DNA of 32,000 nucleotides from Puniceicoccales bacterium (GTDB lineage Bacteria; Verrucomicrobiota; Verrucomicrobiia; Opitutales; JAIRLM01): NCBI GenBank assembly GCA_031268315.1, contig JAIRXK010000010.1, positions 1 to 32,000 of the forward strand, read 5' to 3'. Shown piece by piece: positions 24,188 to 32,000 of this stretch (position 1 is its first letter; each line of letters starts with the position of its first letter). The notes under the pieces were generated by a model. It saw only the letters and a program-made list of their open reading frames with translations, ran no database searches and was not told where the DNA came from. The position numbers and the translations under genes were made by a program.

Positions 24188-25735
24188 ATGATTTGTATTT
24201 TACGGTTGCTCAAGAGTTGTCTCATCATTACTACAGCATTCACGTGGCTTTCAGTCGGCCATTTGCCATGCATGGGGAATGAAATTGTCTCCGATTTTGT
24301 CGATATTGGCGGTCAGCTGCGCATTTGCAAGTCTTGCGCATTTCATGTGCAAAATGAATTGTCCATTAACACTTCCCTTGGTGAGGATGTGCCCGTGCGC
24401 ATTAGCAGTGGCGAAGAGGATATGTGCATTAATTTTGACTGTAAAAATTCTCCCATTTTTCACGTCAATGGCGATGGAGTAGCCATGTGCGTGGATGGTA
24501 TCAGTAAGACAGAAATCACATTTCGAGAACTTCCAATTTTTGCGCAGGAAGCCTCCGACGAACCGGTAGCGGCGATTTTTGAAAATAAAAACACGCATAT
24601 TATCTTGGCCGATGCGAATCGGGTGGAAGCAGCCCTCATTTACTTTCAGGGAGCTGCGATTGAGTACATGGATCCCATTACTTTTGAGGACGATGAAGAA
24701 ATGTCCATTGAACCTGATGATTCCAGCGGTGGCAGTGGGTCATCCGGTGGATCAGGGGGCATGCAGATACCTATTGAAATCAGTAATTCACAGGCGGAGC
24801 CCCCTAAAAATTTTGAATCACAGCCTCAATTTCCTCAGCCATCCAATGGCCAAGACAGCAGTGATTCTAACCCGAATGGGCCGGAAAATTCTAACGGGAA
24901 TGACTCCGTTAAAAATTCTGCGGCATTAAGCTTCTACGGCAATGTCTCCGCGGCCATCGAATTTTTGCAATTTGCGGAAAATTCTGCGGCTTTTTCGGAG
25001 CTAGTTGGAACTACCTCCCAATTGCATGCCATTGCCACGCATAGTCATGACAGCCGCCATGGAGAAAATGGTGACTATGGTGGGTGTCTCTTCTCCCACT
25101 GCCACTACTTCGACTGTGGTCCCATTTCATTGTACGCCTGCGGCGGTTGCTTTTCCAAGCTTTCCGGTGATGCATCCGCCGATCATTATTTTGTATCCAT
25201 GCGGTGGCATGTGCCAATTGATCAATTTTCATGGAATCTGTTCGGATCCGCCGATTTGATCCATTGCCATGGTAGCCATGAATTTCTAATGGGACGGCGC
25301 AATGGCGGCATTAGCAGCAAATGTGCCTTTACTCATAGGCAATTCTTTAGCATTGGCCATACATTACTGTGCAGCGGGGATGCAAGTTGTGTCGTTGGAT
25401 ACTGTCACATTCGCTGCGAAGGTTGGATAGGGAAAGAGATGGAAGAAAAAATCAAGCTTCATCGAAGTTTTGCGCAGTTGAATTATAGTTTTAATGCCTA
25501 CCCTCGCCATGGCCATTGGAGTTCGCAGATTTCATTTGGTTGGAGTGGCGTTTTTCATCAAAACGAACAATATGCAATGGATGGTCGCAACCTTCCCAAA
25601 AATTGTTTCCAAGCGGCATTTCGCCACTTCTTTCAACCCGTCTGCGGTTGGGCTATGAGTTTTTCAACGGAATTTAACTACTATTCAGCAGTGCAATATC
25701 TTTGCATGTCTGTCGCCATTGGTAAATTTTTCTAG
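24188..25735 (+). CDS. Cys/His-rich autotransporter-like (Pmp-like) outer membrane protein
   Basis: N-terminal signal-like MICILRLLKSCLIITTAFTWLSVG. A short passenger region carries FxxN-type and GGAI-like motifs (IFENKN, FQGAAI). A low-complexity Gly/Ser/Asn/Pro linker (SSGGSGSSGGSGG...PQFPQPSNGQDSSDSNPNGPENSNGNDS) spans nt ~24680..24908. The ~280-aa C-terminal region has alternating aromatic patterns and ends ...YLCMSVAIGKFF, the terminal Phe typical of OM beta-barrels. Confidence 0.5.
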   Translation: MICILRLLKSCLIITTAFTWLSVGHLPCMGNEIVSDFVDIGGQLRICKSCAFHVQNELSINTSLGEDVPVRISSGEEDMCINFDCKNSPIFHVNGDGVAMCVDGISKTEITFRELPIFAQEASDEPVAAIFENKNTHIILADANRVEAALIYFQGAAIEYMDPITFEDDEEMSIEPDDSSGGSGSSGGSGGMQIPIEISNSQAEPPKNFESQPQFPQPSNGQDSSDSNPNGPENSNGNDSVKNSAALSFYGNVSAAIEFLQFAENSAAFSELVGTTSQLHAIATHSHDSRHGENGDYGGCLFSHCHYFDCGPISLYACGGCFSKLSGDASADHYFVSMRWHVPIDQFSWNLFGSADLIHCHGSHEFLMGRRNGGISSKCAFTHRQFFSIGHTLLCSGDASCVVGYCHIRCEGWIGKEMEEKIKLHRSFAQLNYSFNAYPRHGHWSSQISFGWSGVFHQNEQYAMDGRNLPKNCFQAAFRHFFQPVCGWAMSFSTEFNYYSAVQYLCMSVAIGKFF

Positions 25736-25795
25736 GAAGAAATTGCTCCCAATGCGTAGCAAGGGGAATATCGATGGCGATTTTGCCGCCCATAG

Positions 25796-26434
25796 TTAGA
25801 GATTTATTTCAGATAAATTATTGGTTGCATCTTTGCATTCACCGACTAGCAGGTGGACCATGGCCTGGGAGATTTCTGGGCACGTTTGCTTTATTTCCAT
25901 CGAAGGACTTTTGACGGCGAGCTGACCATCGTCGTAGCGAATTAAATTTATCGTTCCCAATTCGCCATTGAGCTTGAAGACAATGTTGCTTACGAGTTCC
26001 TTTTCCTTGCTGCTTTGGACTCCATATTGCTCGGCCAATTCATCCGTACGTTTTACCAATTGCGCAACAAAATTGCTGACCTTACCCATCGGCGACGCTA
26101 CATTTTCCAATGCTTTATCTTTTTTTCTTGATGCTAATTTTATTTCTATCATAGTGGCAATGCTCCAGGTGGTAGCAACCACTAGATCCAATGCGACACT
26201 GACAATGATTCCTGCTGCCATCGACAGTGGAACCACAGCAATGAGTAGCAGCGCTCCCCATGCGCCACCGAGTATGAGAAATGCACCAATGCTTGCGCAA
26301 ACGACGCAACTCATCACCAAGGACAGGTTTATGGCGACGCAGGCATGGACGATTTCTTTCATTTTGCTTTGAAAGAAACCGCCAGTCGCCTTCTGTAAGT
26401 CTGCTTGTTTCTTATTTTCATCTAAATTGCACAT
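25796..26434 (-). CDS. Inc-like membrane protein (long N-proximal hydrophobic block)
   Basis: 212 aa. After a ~28-aa polar N-terminus comes a ~70-aa nearly uninterrupted hydrophobic stretch (IVHACVAINLSLVMSCVVCASIGAFLILGGAWGALLLIAVVPLSMAAGIIVSVALDLVVATTWSIATMI), followed by a soluble C-terminal domain. No family recognised. Confidence 0.6.
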   Translation of the reverse strand: MCNLDENKKQADLQKATGGFFQSKMKEIVHACVAINLSLVMSCVVCASIGAFLILGGAWGALLLIAVVPLSMAAGIIVSVALDLVVATTWSIATMIEIKLASRKKDKALENVASPMGKVSNFVAQLVKRTDELAEQYGVQSSKEKELVSNIVFKLNGELGTINLIRYDDGQLAVKSPSMEIKQTCPEISQAMVHLLVGECKDATNNLSEINL

Positions 26435-26598
26435 ATTTCACACCCCCAACGACCCATATTCGCAGCATTTCCAATTTCTCGGTAATATAGCCGACGTCAA
26501 GAATTGTAGCATCTCATCGTAAATGAAAGCACTTTGTTTTTTCAAACTAGCTGTTTTGGCGTTTACATTTTCACTCTGCCAGAATGTTAGTTGAGCTT

Positions 26599-27906
26599 TC
26601 ATTTTTTATTTTTTCTACTCTTTATATATTGAGCATTAGCAACGACTTTATAATCTTTTTTTATTTCTTTTAAATCCTTTTTCATGGCACTAATTTCTTG
26701 TTGCAGCTTAGTGATGCTATTTGAAATTTCCGTTTTCTCTTGTAACAATAATTTACTTCTATTTTCGAGTTCTTTTTTCTCATTTTCAATATGAGTGATT
26801 TTATTTTTTATAATTTCTGCAGTTTTTTCAAATTCAATAATTTTTCCCAAACTTGAATTTTCATCCCGTAATCTGCCATTTTCCAATGAAACAGCATCAA
26901 ACTTCACCATTAATTTCTTATTTGCATCACGACTTTTATCTAGTTGCTTTTGAGCTTGATTTAATTTATCTTTCGCAACAGCCAATTCCGTTTCATTGAC
27001 CTTATTTGCCTTACAGTTTTCATCTAGTTGCTTTTGAGCTTGATTTAATTCATCTCTCGCAACAGCCAATTCTGCTTCATTTACCTCATTTGCCTTACGG
27101 CTTTCATTGGCAACATCTTCAAGCTCACACATTTTGCCTTTTAATGTTTCATTTTCTTTTCGAAACTTGTTTGTTTGACCATCTTTGAAACGTATTGATT
27201 GCTGAAGCGCACCTATTTGCTGATTAAGATCACTTATTATCCTGCTTTGATTTTCATAACTACTTGCTTGTACTGAATGATTTTGGTGATTTACTCCATT
27301 TACTTTAGCACATTCGGATTGATTGCGTTTATACTTTTCCACGTTAATCTCTTTTTTGACAACTTTACCCACAACGATCTCTTTTTTCCCACTATTAACT
27401 TCTTCCGGTAGTGAAACTGTATTTTCGACTTGGACTTTAGAACCATAAGACTCGCTTGCGCAGTGCTGTACCTGATTGCTCGAAATTTTGATTGGAAATT
27501 CGGATCGATCTTCCTTCTTCGCCGATTGTGCATCCAATTCCCATTGGACGCTTTGTACGATTTCTTTAGTCTGCGCCATGAATCTTTTCAGCCCCTCCCT
27601 GAAGCTACCACTTCCTATGGGCACCTGCTTAATGATTGCCGCGAAATGGCTGCCGGAAGGACTGTTGGGTTTATAAATGCGCACTATTACTAACCACATC
27701 ATGATGCTCATTTTTAGTATAGTTATTTTATCGCGACACTGTTGTATTTTTTCTAGATCCAACGGATCGGTCTGGCTCTTATTGACCCTATCGATTTCCG
27801 TAATTTTTTCTTCGCATTCGTCCAGATTTTTTAACATCAGCTTGACATTAAGATTTATGCACTGCCAATTTTCTGATTCCCTCTTCGAGATTATTTGATC
27901 GCTCAT
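26599..27906 (-). CDS. Long coiled-coil protein (candidate secreted effector)
   Basis: Start moved to ATG 27906 (MSDQIISKRE...; AGGA lies 6 nt upstream; the track start 27954 is the TTG of a TTGACA box). The C-terminal ~230 aa are heptad-like and Lys/Glu/Asn/Gln-rich, with an internal 28-aa duplication. Confidence 0.65.
   Translation of the reverse strand: MSDQIISKRESENWQCINLNVKLMLKNLDECEEKITEIDRVNKSQTDPLDLEKIQQCRDKITILKMSIMMWLVIVRIYKPNSPSGSHFAAIIKQVPIGSGSFREGLKRFMAQTKEIVQSVQWELDAQSAKKEDRSEFPIKISSNQVQHCASESYGSKVQVENTVSLPEEVNSGKKEIVVGKVVKKEINVEKYKRNQSECAKVNGVNHQNHSVQASSYENQSRIISDLNQQIGALQQSIRFKDGQTNKFRKENETLKGKMCELEDVANESRKANEVNEAELAVARDELNQAQKQLDENCKANKVNETELAVAKDKLNQAQKQLDKSRDANKKLMVKFDAVSLENGRLRDENSSLGKIIEFEKTAEIIKNKITHIENEKKELENRSKLLLQEKTEISNSITKLQQEISAMKKDLKEIKKDYKVVANAQYIKSRKNKK
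26940..27107. repeat. 84-bp tandem duplication (2 copies) inside the coiled-coil gene
   Basis: ctagttgcttttgagcttgatttaatt[t/c]atct[t/c]tcgcaacagccaattc... starts at 26940 and again at 27024. It encodes ANEVNEAELAVARDELNQAQKQLDENCK / ANKVNETELAVAKDKLNQAQKQLDKSRD. Confidence 0.9.
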
Positions 27907-28166
27907 AGAATTCCTATTCGCCGTCCGGACTAGGAAAAAATAAGGAATTGTCAATGAAAAAATTGTCCACGATCGATTTCAAAATCAAAATCCGATGGCC
28001 GGTCTCAAAAAATTAATCTTTGCGACTGAAAAATGCCGGCCCATAATCGGCTTGCTTCCGAAGCATCGCAACGCTAAAATGACATGTAATTGCGATATTC
28101 TTTTGAATACGCCCTTGAAATATGCCGCCTTGCTTTTCCGGAAAATTTTGGAAAAGATGGTGCTCC

Positions 28167-29660
28167 ATGAGAGAATATGCCGTCTTATCAGCAGAAGAAG
28201 CTGCAGCCATGGTCCACCACGGACAAACCATCGCAATGGGTGGTTTTACCGCTGCCGGATCGGTTAAAATGATCACCAGGGCCCTTGCAGAACGAGCAGA
28301 TCGCATTCACCGGCAAGGAGATCCATTTTCCTTGCGCATTATTTCCGGCGCATCGACAGATCCTGGGGTGGATGATGTCCTTGCGAATGCGGAGGCCATT
28401 TGCTATCGCATGCCCTACCAGACAAGTATTCCACTGCGTCGGCAAATCAATGAGCGGCGCGTTGAATTTGTCGATACTCACCTGTCATCCATGATGCCGC
28501 CGCTTAAGTGCGGTGCCTTTGGGCCCATTGATTTTGCAATTTTTGAGGCTGCGGCCGTTTATAGGGATGGATCAATTTTGCTCACCAGTGCCGTCGGAGC
28601 GGTCCCAACGTTTGCTCGGCTTGCAAAGCACGTGCTCATCGAGGTAAACGCCTACCATCCGGAAGATCTGGAGGGATTGCACGACATCTATGAGCTTGGC
28701 TTGCCTCCCCATACTCGCGAGATTCCCATATATCGCCCGTCGGACCGCATCGGCGCAACGCTCATGCGCATTGATCCGGGAAAAATTTGTGGAATTGTGC
28801 ACACCAACGTTCCCGACGTGGGAAATGCGATGGCCCCCGAAGATGACGTATCTCGTCGCATTGGGGAAAATATTGCCCAGCTACTCATCGATGAAATGCA
28901 TTTTGGCCGCATGGGAGAAACATTTTTGCCCATTCAGGCTGGCGTTGGCAATGTTTCCAATGCCCTCATGGCGGCACTCTACTCCAACCCATGCATTCCT
29001 CCATTTTCGATGTACTCGGAAATTATTCAGGACACGATAATTCATGGAATCGACGAGGAACGCATCCATTTCGCCAGCGGCGCGGGCCTGGCAGTCTCAC
29101 CATCTGTTTTACAAAATATATATAAAAATCTTCCCAAATTTCTAAAGAAATTAACCCTTCGGCCACAGGAAATTACCAATCATCCGGAGGTAATCCGTCG
29201 CCTTGGCGTCATCGGAATCAATACGGCACTTGAGGTGGATCTGTGGGGAAATGTCAATAGTACCCATGTCTGTGGAACACAGCTGATGAACGGCATCGGC
29301 GGCTCCGGCGATTTTTCTCGCAATAGCTTCATTTCCATTTTTGCGACACCGTCGACGGCGAAAAGTGGCAACATCAGCGCCATTGTTCCCCTCTGTTCTC
29401 ACATTGACCACACGGAGCATGATACACAATTCATTGTCACCGAGTATGGCATTGCCGATCTGCGAGGAAAGGGGCCAATGCAGCGGGCCAAAGATATCAT
29501 TGGCAACTGTGCCCATCCCAGGTACCGGCAGGCACTGTTAGATTATCTTAGCCGACAAAAGCTTGGCCGTGTGGCCGTCTGCCTAGAAACTGGCTACGAT
29601 TTCCAAATTTGCTTTCAGCGGGAAAAAACGATGGGAAAATTTTCGGTGGAAGAAGAGTAA
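28167..29660 (+). CDS. Acetyl-CoA hydrolase/transferase family enzyme (AarC/Cat1-type succinyl-CoA:acetate CoA-transferase-like)
   Basis: Colinear family motifs: AEEAAAMVHHGQTIAMGGFTAAG, ISGASTDP, LIEVNAYHPEDLEGLHDIY, LPIQAGVGNVSNA, YSEIIQD, LRPQEITNHPEVIRRLGVIGINTALEVDLWGNVNSTHV, MNGIGGSGDFSRN, STAKSGNISAIVP, HIDHTEHD, VTEYGIADLRG, CAHPRYR. Start set to ATG 28167 (MREYAVLSAEEA). Confidence 0.88.
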   Translation: MREYAVLSAEEAAAMVHHGQTIAMGGFTAAGSVKMITRALAERADRIHRQGDPFSLRIISGASTDPGVDDVLANAEAICYRMPYQTSIPLRRQINERRVEFVDTHLSSMMPPLKCGAFGPIDFAIFEAAAVYRDGSILLTSAVGAVPTFARLAKHVLIEVNAYHPEDLEGLHDIYELGLPPHTREIPIYRPSDRIGATLMRIDPGKICGIVHTNVPDVGNAMAPEDDVSRRIGENIAQLLIDEMHFGRMGETFLPIQAGVGNVSNALMAALYSNPCIPPFSMYSEIIQDTIIHGIDEERIHFASGAGLAVSPSVLQNIYKNLPKFLKKLTLRPQEITNHPEVIRRLGVIGINTALEVDLWGNVNSTHVCGTQLMNGIGGSGDFSRNSFISIFATPSTAKSGNISAIVPLCSHIDHTEHDTQFIVTEYGIADLRGKGPMQRAKDIIGNCAHPRYRQALLDYLSRQKLGRVAVCLETGYDFQICFQREKTMGKFSVEEE

Positions 29661-29739
29661 TTTTCAGCGGGAAAATTTTTATCGGCAAGTGAAACACGTT
29701 TGACAGAACGATATATGTCGTAAAAAATCAACTACGCCT

Positions 29740-30261
29740 ATGTGTCTTTTTAGAAAACTATCGGAACCGTTTTTGTTGCTACTGGCGCCACTGTGCGTTT
29801 TGGTCGGCTGTGGGCACTATACCCTTGGTCGAGATGCAGCGCTGCCTTTTCAATGTATTTATGTTGCGCCCGTAGAAAATCGTTCGCTTACTCCGGAGTT
29901 GCAAAGCTTCGTGTGGCAGCACATCGTCCAGTGCCTTGAAAATTCGCCGGTTATCGTTATCAGCGAACGGAATGACGCCGATGCTATCCTCGAAGTTATC
30001 CTGGCTGAAACGTCTCAGTCAATTTTATCAACGTCCTACCGCGATTCATCCACGGCAGATTCCTATTCGCTCAAAGTTTCTGCGCTTTGCACACTAAGGG
30101 AAAGCGGCGAAAATCGCTATTTCTTCAAGGATCGCTGTCTGGAAACATCTATTTCCATTCCTACCCAGCCGAGCTACGTTGAGGCGAAACGCCATGTGAC
30201 TCCGCAATTGGCAGCAAATCTTGCCAGAAAAATTTGCAACCTTGTGCTCTATTCATGGTAG
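29740..30261 (+). CDS. lptE: LPS-assembly lipoprotein LptE-like
   Basis: 173 aa. Signal peptide with lipobox LVGC-GHYTLG (LptE typically starts CG[FY]xL[RG]G), then a pattern of ...IYVAPVENRS...L...L...ADAILEV..., consistent with LptE. The assignment is by pattern only. Confidence 0.55.
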   Translation: MCLFRKLSEPFLLLLAPLCVLVGCGHYTLGRDAALPFQCIYVAPVENRSLTPELQSFVWQHIVQCLENSPVIVISERNDADAILEVILAETSQSILSTSYRDSSTADSYSLKVSALCTLRESGENRYFFKDRCLETSISIPTQPSYVEAKRHVTPQLAANLARKICNLVLYSW

Positions 30262-30983
30262 ATATTTGCGAAGATTTTACTGCTCGCATTGTCCCATCGG
30301 CGCTGGGCTGCGGTGAACAATCCGTTGTCGATGAACTCCTGCACCTTTGCCGCCATCGCAGAGTTCCATGGCTTCACTTCGATGTCATAGACGGACAGTT
30401 TGCTCCATCCTTCGGACTGCCCATTGTGCTGATGCAGCGATTGCGAAAAATTTTTCGAGAAAATGCCATTCCTTCGCCGAAATTTGATGTGCACTTCATG
30501 GTTAATTCGCCGAGGGCTCATGTTTCGTCCGCCGCTGCCGCCGCCGCGGATCGCATTACCATCCACTGTGAGTGTGACAGCGATGAAGTGGATGGCGCCA
30601 TCGAGGAAATTCAGTCCCTCCGCATTCCCTGCGCCATTGCCGTCAATCCCTCGACGGATCTGATGGCCCACTGGGATCATCTCCTCTGCGTTGATTCACT
30701 GCTATGCATGGGAGTGACACCGGGCTTCTGCGGGCAAAGTCTAATTCCCGCTGCTCTGGACAACGTCCGCGCGGCTGTGGCATTTCGCAAAGCCCATGGA
30801 CTCAACTTTTCCATAGGCATCGACGGGGGAATTAATCGAAAAACACTTTCTGTTGCCGCCGCTTGCGGTGCCGACTTCTTTGTCGCCGGAAGTGCCATAT
30901 TTCGCACCAGTGATCCCGCCGCTGCATTGGATGAACTGGGTGAATTAGTGGAAAAATATCATGGATTTCATCGGTCGCATTAG
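30255..30983 (+). CDS. rpe: Ribulose-phosphate 3-epimerase
   Basis: IVPSALG, LHFDVIDGQFAPSFG (cf. HxDVMDGxFVPN), DVHFMV, AVNPST, LLCMGVTPGFCGQSLIP (cf. MSVNPGFGGQ.F), GIDGGIN, FVAGSAIF. Start set to ATG 30255, which overlaps the lptE stop (ATGGTAG). Confidence 0.88.
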   Translation: MVDICEDFTARIVPSALGCGEQSVVDELLHLCRHRRVPWLHFDVIDGQFAPSFGLPIVLMQRLRKIFRENAIPSPKFDVHFMVNSPRAHVSSAAAAAADRITIHCECDSDEVDGAIEEIQSLRIPCAIAVNPSTDLMAHWDHLLCVDSLLCMGVTPGFCGQSLIPAALDNVRAAVAFRKAHGLNFSIGIDGGINRKTLSVAAACGADFFVAGSAIFRTSDPAAALDELGELVEKYHGFHRSH

Positions 30984-31021
30984 GGACTTGATGCCTGAAA
31001 TTTCGCAACTATAGTGCATCC

Positions 31022-31651
31022 ATGGCGAGTTTTCAGTGGAATTATTTATGCATTGCCGCCGTCGGTTATGTGCTGGGCTCCATCCCATGGGGAGCGCTGA
31101 TTGCAAAGTTCAATGGCGTTAACATTCTCAATAGAGGAAGTGGCAGTTCAGGGGCAACCAACGTCAAACGGGAGGTGGGAAAAATGGCGGGTAATTTAGT
31201 GTTTTTTCTTGACGCCTTGAAGGGCATGGCTGCCGTGTGGATTGCGCAAATGTTTCCCGGAATGCGTGAGGAAAGTGCATACATTTACGCATTCATTGGA
31301 CTATTTTTTGCGCTCATTGGGCACAGCTTTTCTATTTTTCTCAAATTGCGCGGCGGCAAAGGCGTATCCCTTACCATTGGTGGCCTCGTGTTGCTTGCTC
31401 CCAGTGTTCTTGCATTCGGCATTTTAACTTGGTTAGTCGTATTTTTTACCACGCGAATTGTGTCACTGGCTTCCATCTGCTTCAGTCTCATTTTACCCCT
31501 CTGCGTCCACCTATTCTTTGCCGACAGCAGAATGACTTACCCCGTGACTCTGCTATCAGTTTTCATTCTGATGCGGCATTTTGGCAATATGCGGCGCTTA
31601 GCCAGTGGGACAGAATATCGCTTTCACAGCGACAGGCATCCAAAGCCATGA
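31022..31651 (+). CDS. plsY: Glycerol-3-phosphate acyltransferase PlsY
   Basis: GYVLGSIPWGALIAK, GSGSSGATNVKR (cf. GSGNxGATN), FLDALKGMAAVWIA, GHSFSIFLKLRGGKGVS. The protein is 209 aa and polytopic. Confidence 0.9.
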   Translation: MASFQWNYLCIAAVGYVLGSIPWGALIAKFNGVNILNRGSGSSGATNVKREVGKMAGNLVFFLDALKGMAAVWIAQMFPGMREESAYIYAFIGLFFALIGHSFSIFLKLRGGKGVSLTIGGLVLLAPSVLAFGILTWLVVFFTTRIVSLASICFSLILPLCVHLFFADSRMTYPVTLLSVFILMRHFGNMRRLASGTEYRFHSDRHPKP

Positions 31652-32000
31652 CCGCGCCGTCTTCCATCGATGGGGCAAGTGGGCCCATTGTCGATTTTCT
31701 CAATGATGTTGTTGCCGCAGCCATTGAACAGCGGGCCTCCGATGTGCACATTGAGCCGCAGGAAAAATTTGTGCGCATCCGTTTTCGCATCGACGGAAAA
31801 TTGGTCATTTTTCGCCAGCTGCCGAGGGAGTTGCTCGTTCCCCTCATCGCGCGGCTAAAGATCGTTTCCCAGCTACCCCTCGACGAGCATAGAAAACCGC
31901 TGGATGGAAAGTGGTATTACCGAACTGGCGGAGAGGACCAAGTCTGCTACGATGTCCGCATCTCCATCATACCATTTCTCCACGGAGAAGGTGCCGTGCT
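31648..32000 (+). CDS. gspE: Type II secretion / type IV pilus assembly ATPase (GspE/PilB family), N-terminal part (runs off right edge; absent from ORF track)
   Basis: Hand translation from ATG 31648 (ATGA overlap with the plsY stop): MTAPSSIDGASGPIVDFLNDVVAAAIEQRASDVHIEPQEKFVRIRFRIDGKLVIFRQLPRELLVPLIARLKIVSQLPLDEHRKPLDGKWYYRTGGEDQVCYDVRISIIPFLHGEGAVL. This matches the GspE N2 region (ASDIHIEP...RFRIDG...R.K....L...E.R.PQDG...D.R.S..P...GE..V.R). Confidence 0.8.
   Translation, partial: MTAPSSIDGASGPIVDFLNDVVAAAIEQRASDVHIEPQEKFVRIRFRIDGKLVIFRQLPRELLVPLIARLKIVSQLPLDEHRKPLDGKWYYRTGGEDQVCYDVRISIIPFLHGEGAV

Noticed and set aside
27954-27954. Track start codons at 27954, 6247, 22415, 18224 and 19152 (all TTG) and the upstream ATGs at 1645, 14629, 23204, 28122, 30234 and 6146
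   Set aside because: In each case a downstream ATG fits the family N-terminus, the paralogue alignment, a signal peptide or an SD better. At 27954 the TTG is part of a TTGACA -35 box. The longer forms were not adopted, but the exact starts remain unverified.
29623-29676. Direct repeat tttcagcgggaaaa (29623..29636 and 29663..29676) with a possible TTTTC-agcgg-GAAAA hairpin after the CoA-transferase stop, considered as a terminator
   Set aside because: The stem is only 5 A/T-rich base pairs with no G/C clamp, so it is too weak to call a Rho-independent terminator.

Overview
The window reads as a chromosomal segment of a Chlamydia-like (phylum Chlamydiae, probably environmental) bacterium. That placement is inferred from gene content only, since no database search was possible. 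Supporting content: a CesT/SycE-type type III secretion chaperone, several proteins with Inc-type bilobed hydrophobic anchors, a DapL-type aminotransferase, an insert-containing IspG, a TyrP-type permease and a Cys-rich autotransporter-like protein.

Housekeeping genes recognised from motifs: ruvX, an aromatic amino acid permease, oppA-oppB, ispG, mraY, dapL, tRNA-Thr(CGU), asd, a YkuD-type L,D-transpeptidase-like protein, ispH, an AarC/Cat1-type CoA-transferase, lptE, rpe, plsY and the 5' part of gspE.

Visibly AT-richer accessory blocks sit between them:
- 6.2-12.0 kb: two tandem paralogues (about 1017 and 824 aa). Each joins an N-terminal Inc-like bilobed membrane anchor to a C-terminal domain carrying a full protein-kinase motif set with canonical spacing (GxGxxSxV, K, E, HxD-x4-N, DxG). 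One also carries 84-bp in-frame tandem repeats.
- 19.2-23.1 kb: a roughly 1.7-kb tandem duplication with two eukaryotic-type USP (peptidase C19) deubiquitinase genes. Each has an Inc-like anchor, and the pair is bracketed by same-orientation remnants of a degraded DDE-transposase IS element.
- 0-1.6 kb: a T3SS chaperone locus with candidate substrates.
- 24.2-27.9 kb: a Cys/His-rich autotransporter-like protein, another Inc-like protein and a long coiled-coil protein with its own 84-bp repeat.

The anchored kinase-like pair and the anchored USP pair are the best candidates for a previously undescribed host-targeting effector system.

Caveats:
- Two edge ORFs (1..431 minus, 31648..32000 plus) are missing from the supplied track and were translated by hand.
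- Several track ORFs begin at upstream TTG or ATG codons, and I moved their starts using family N-termini or paralogue alignment.
- All family calls rest on remembered motifs and should be confirmed with HMM and structure searches.
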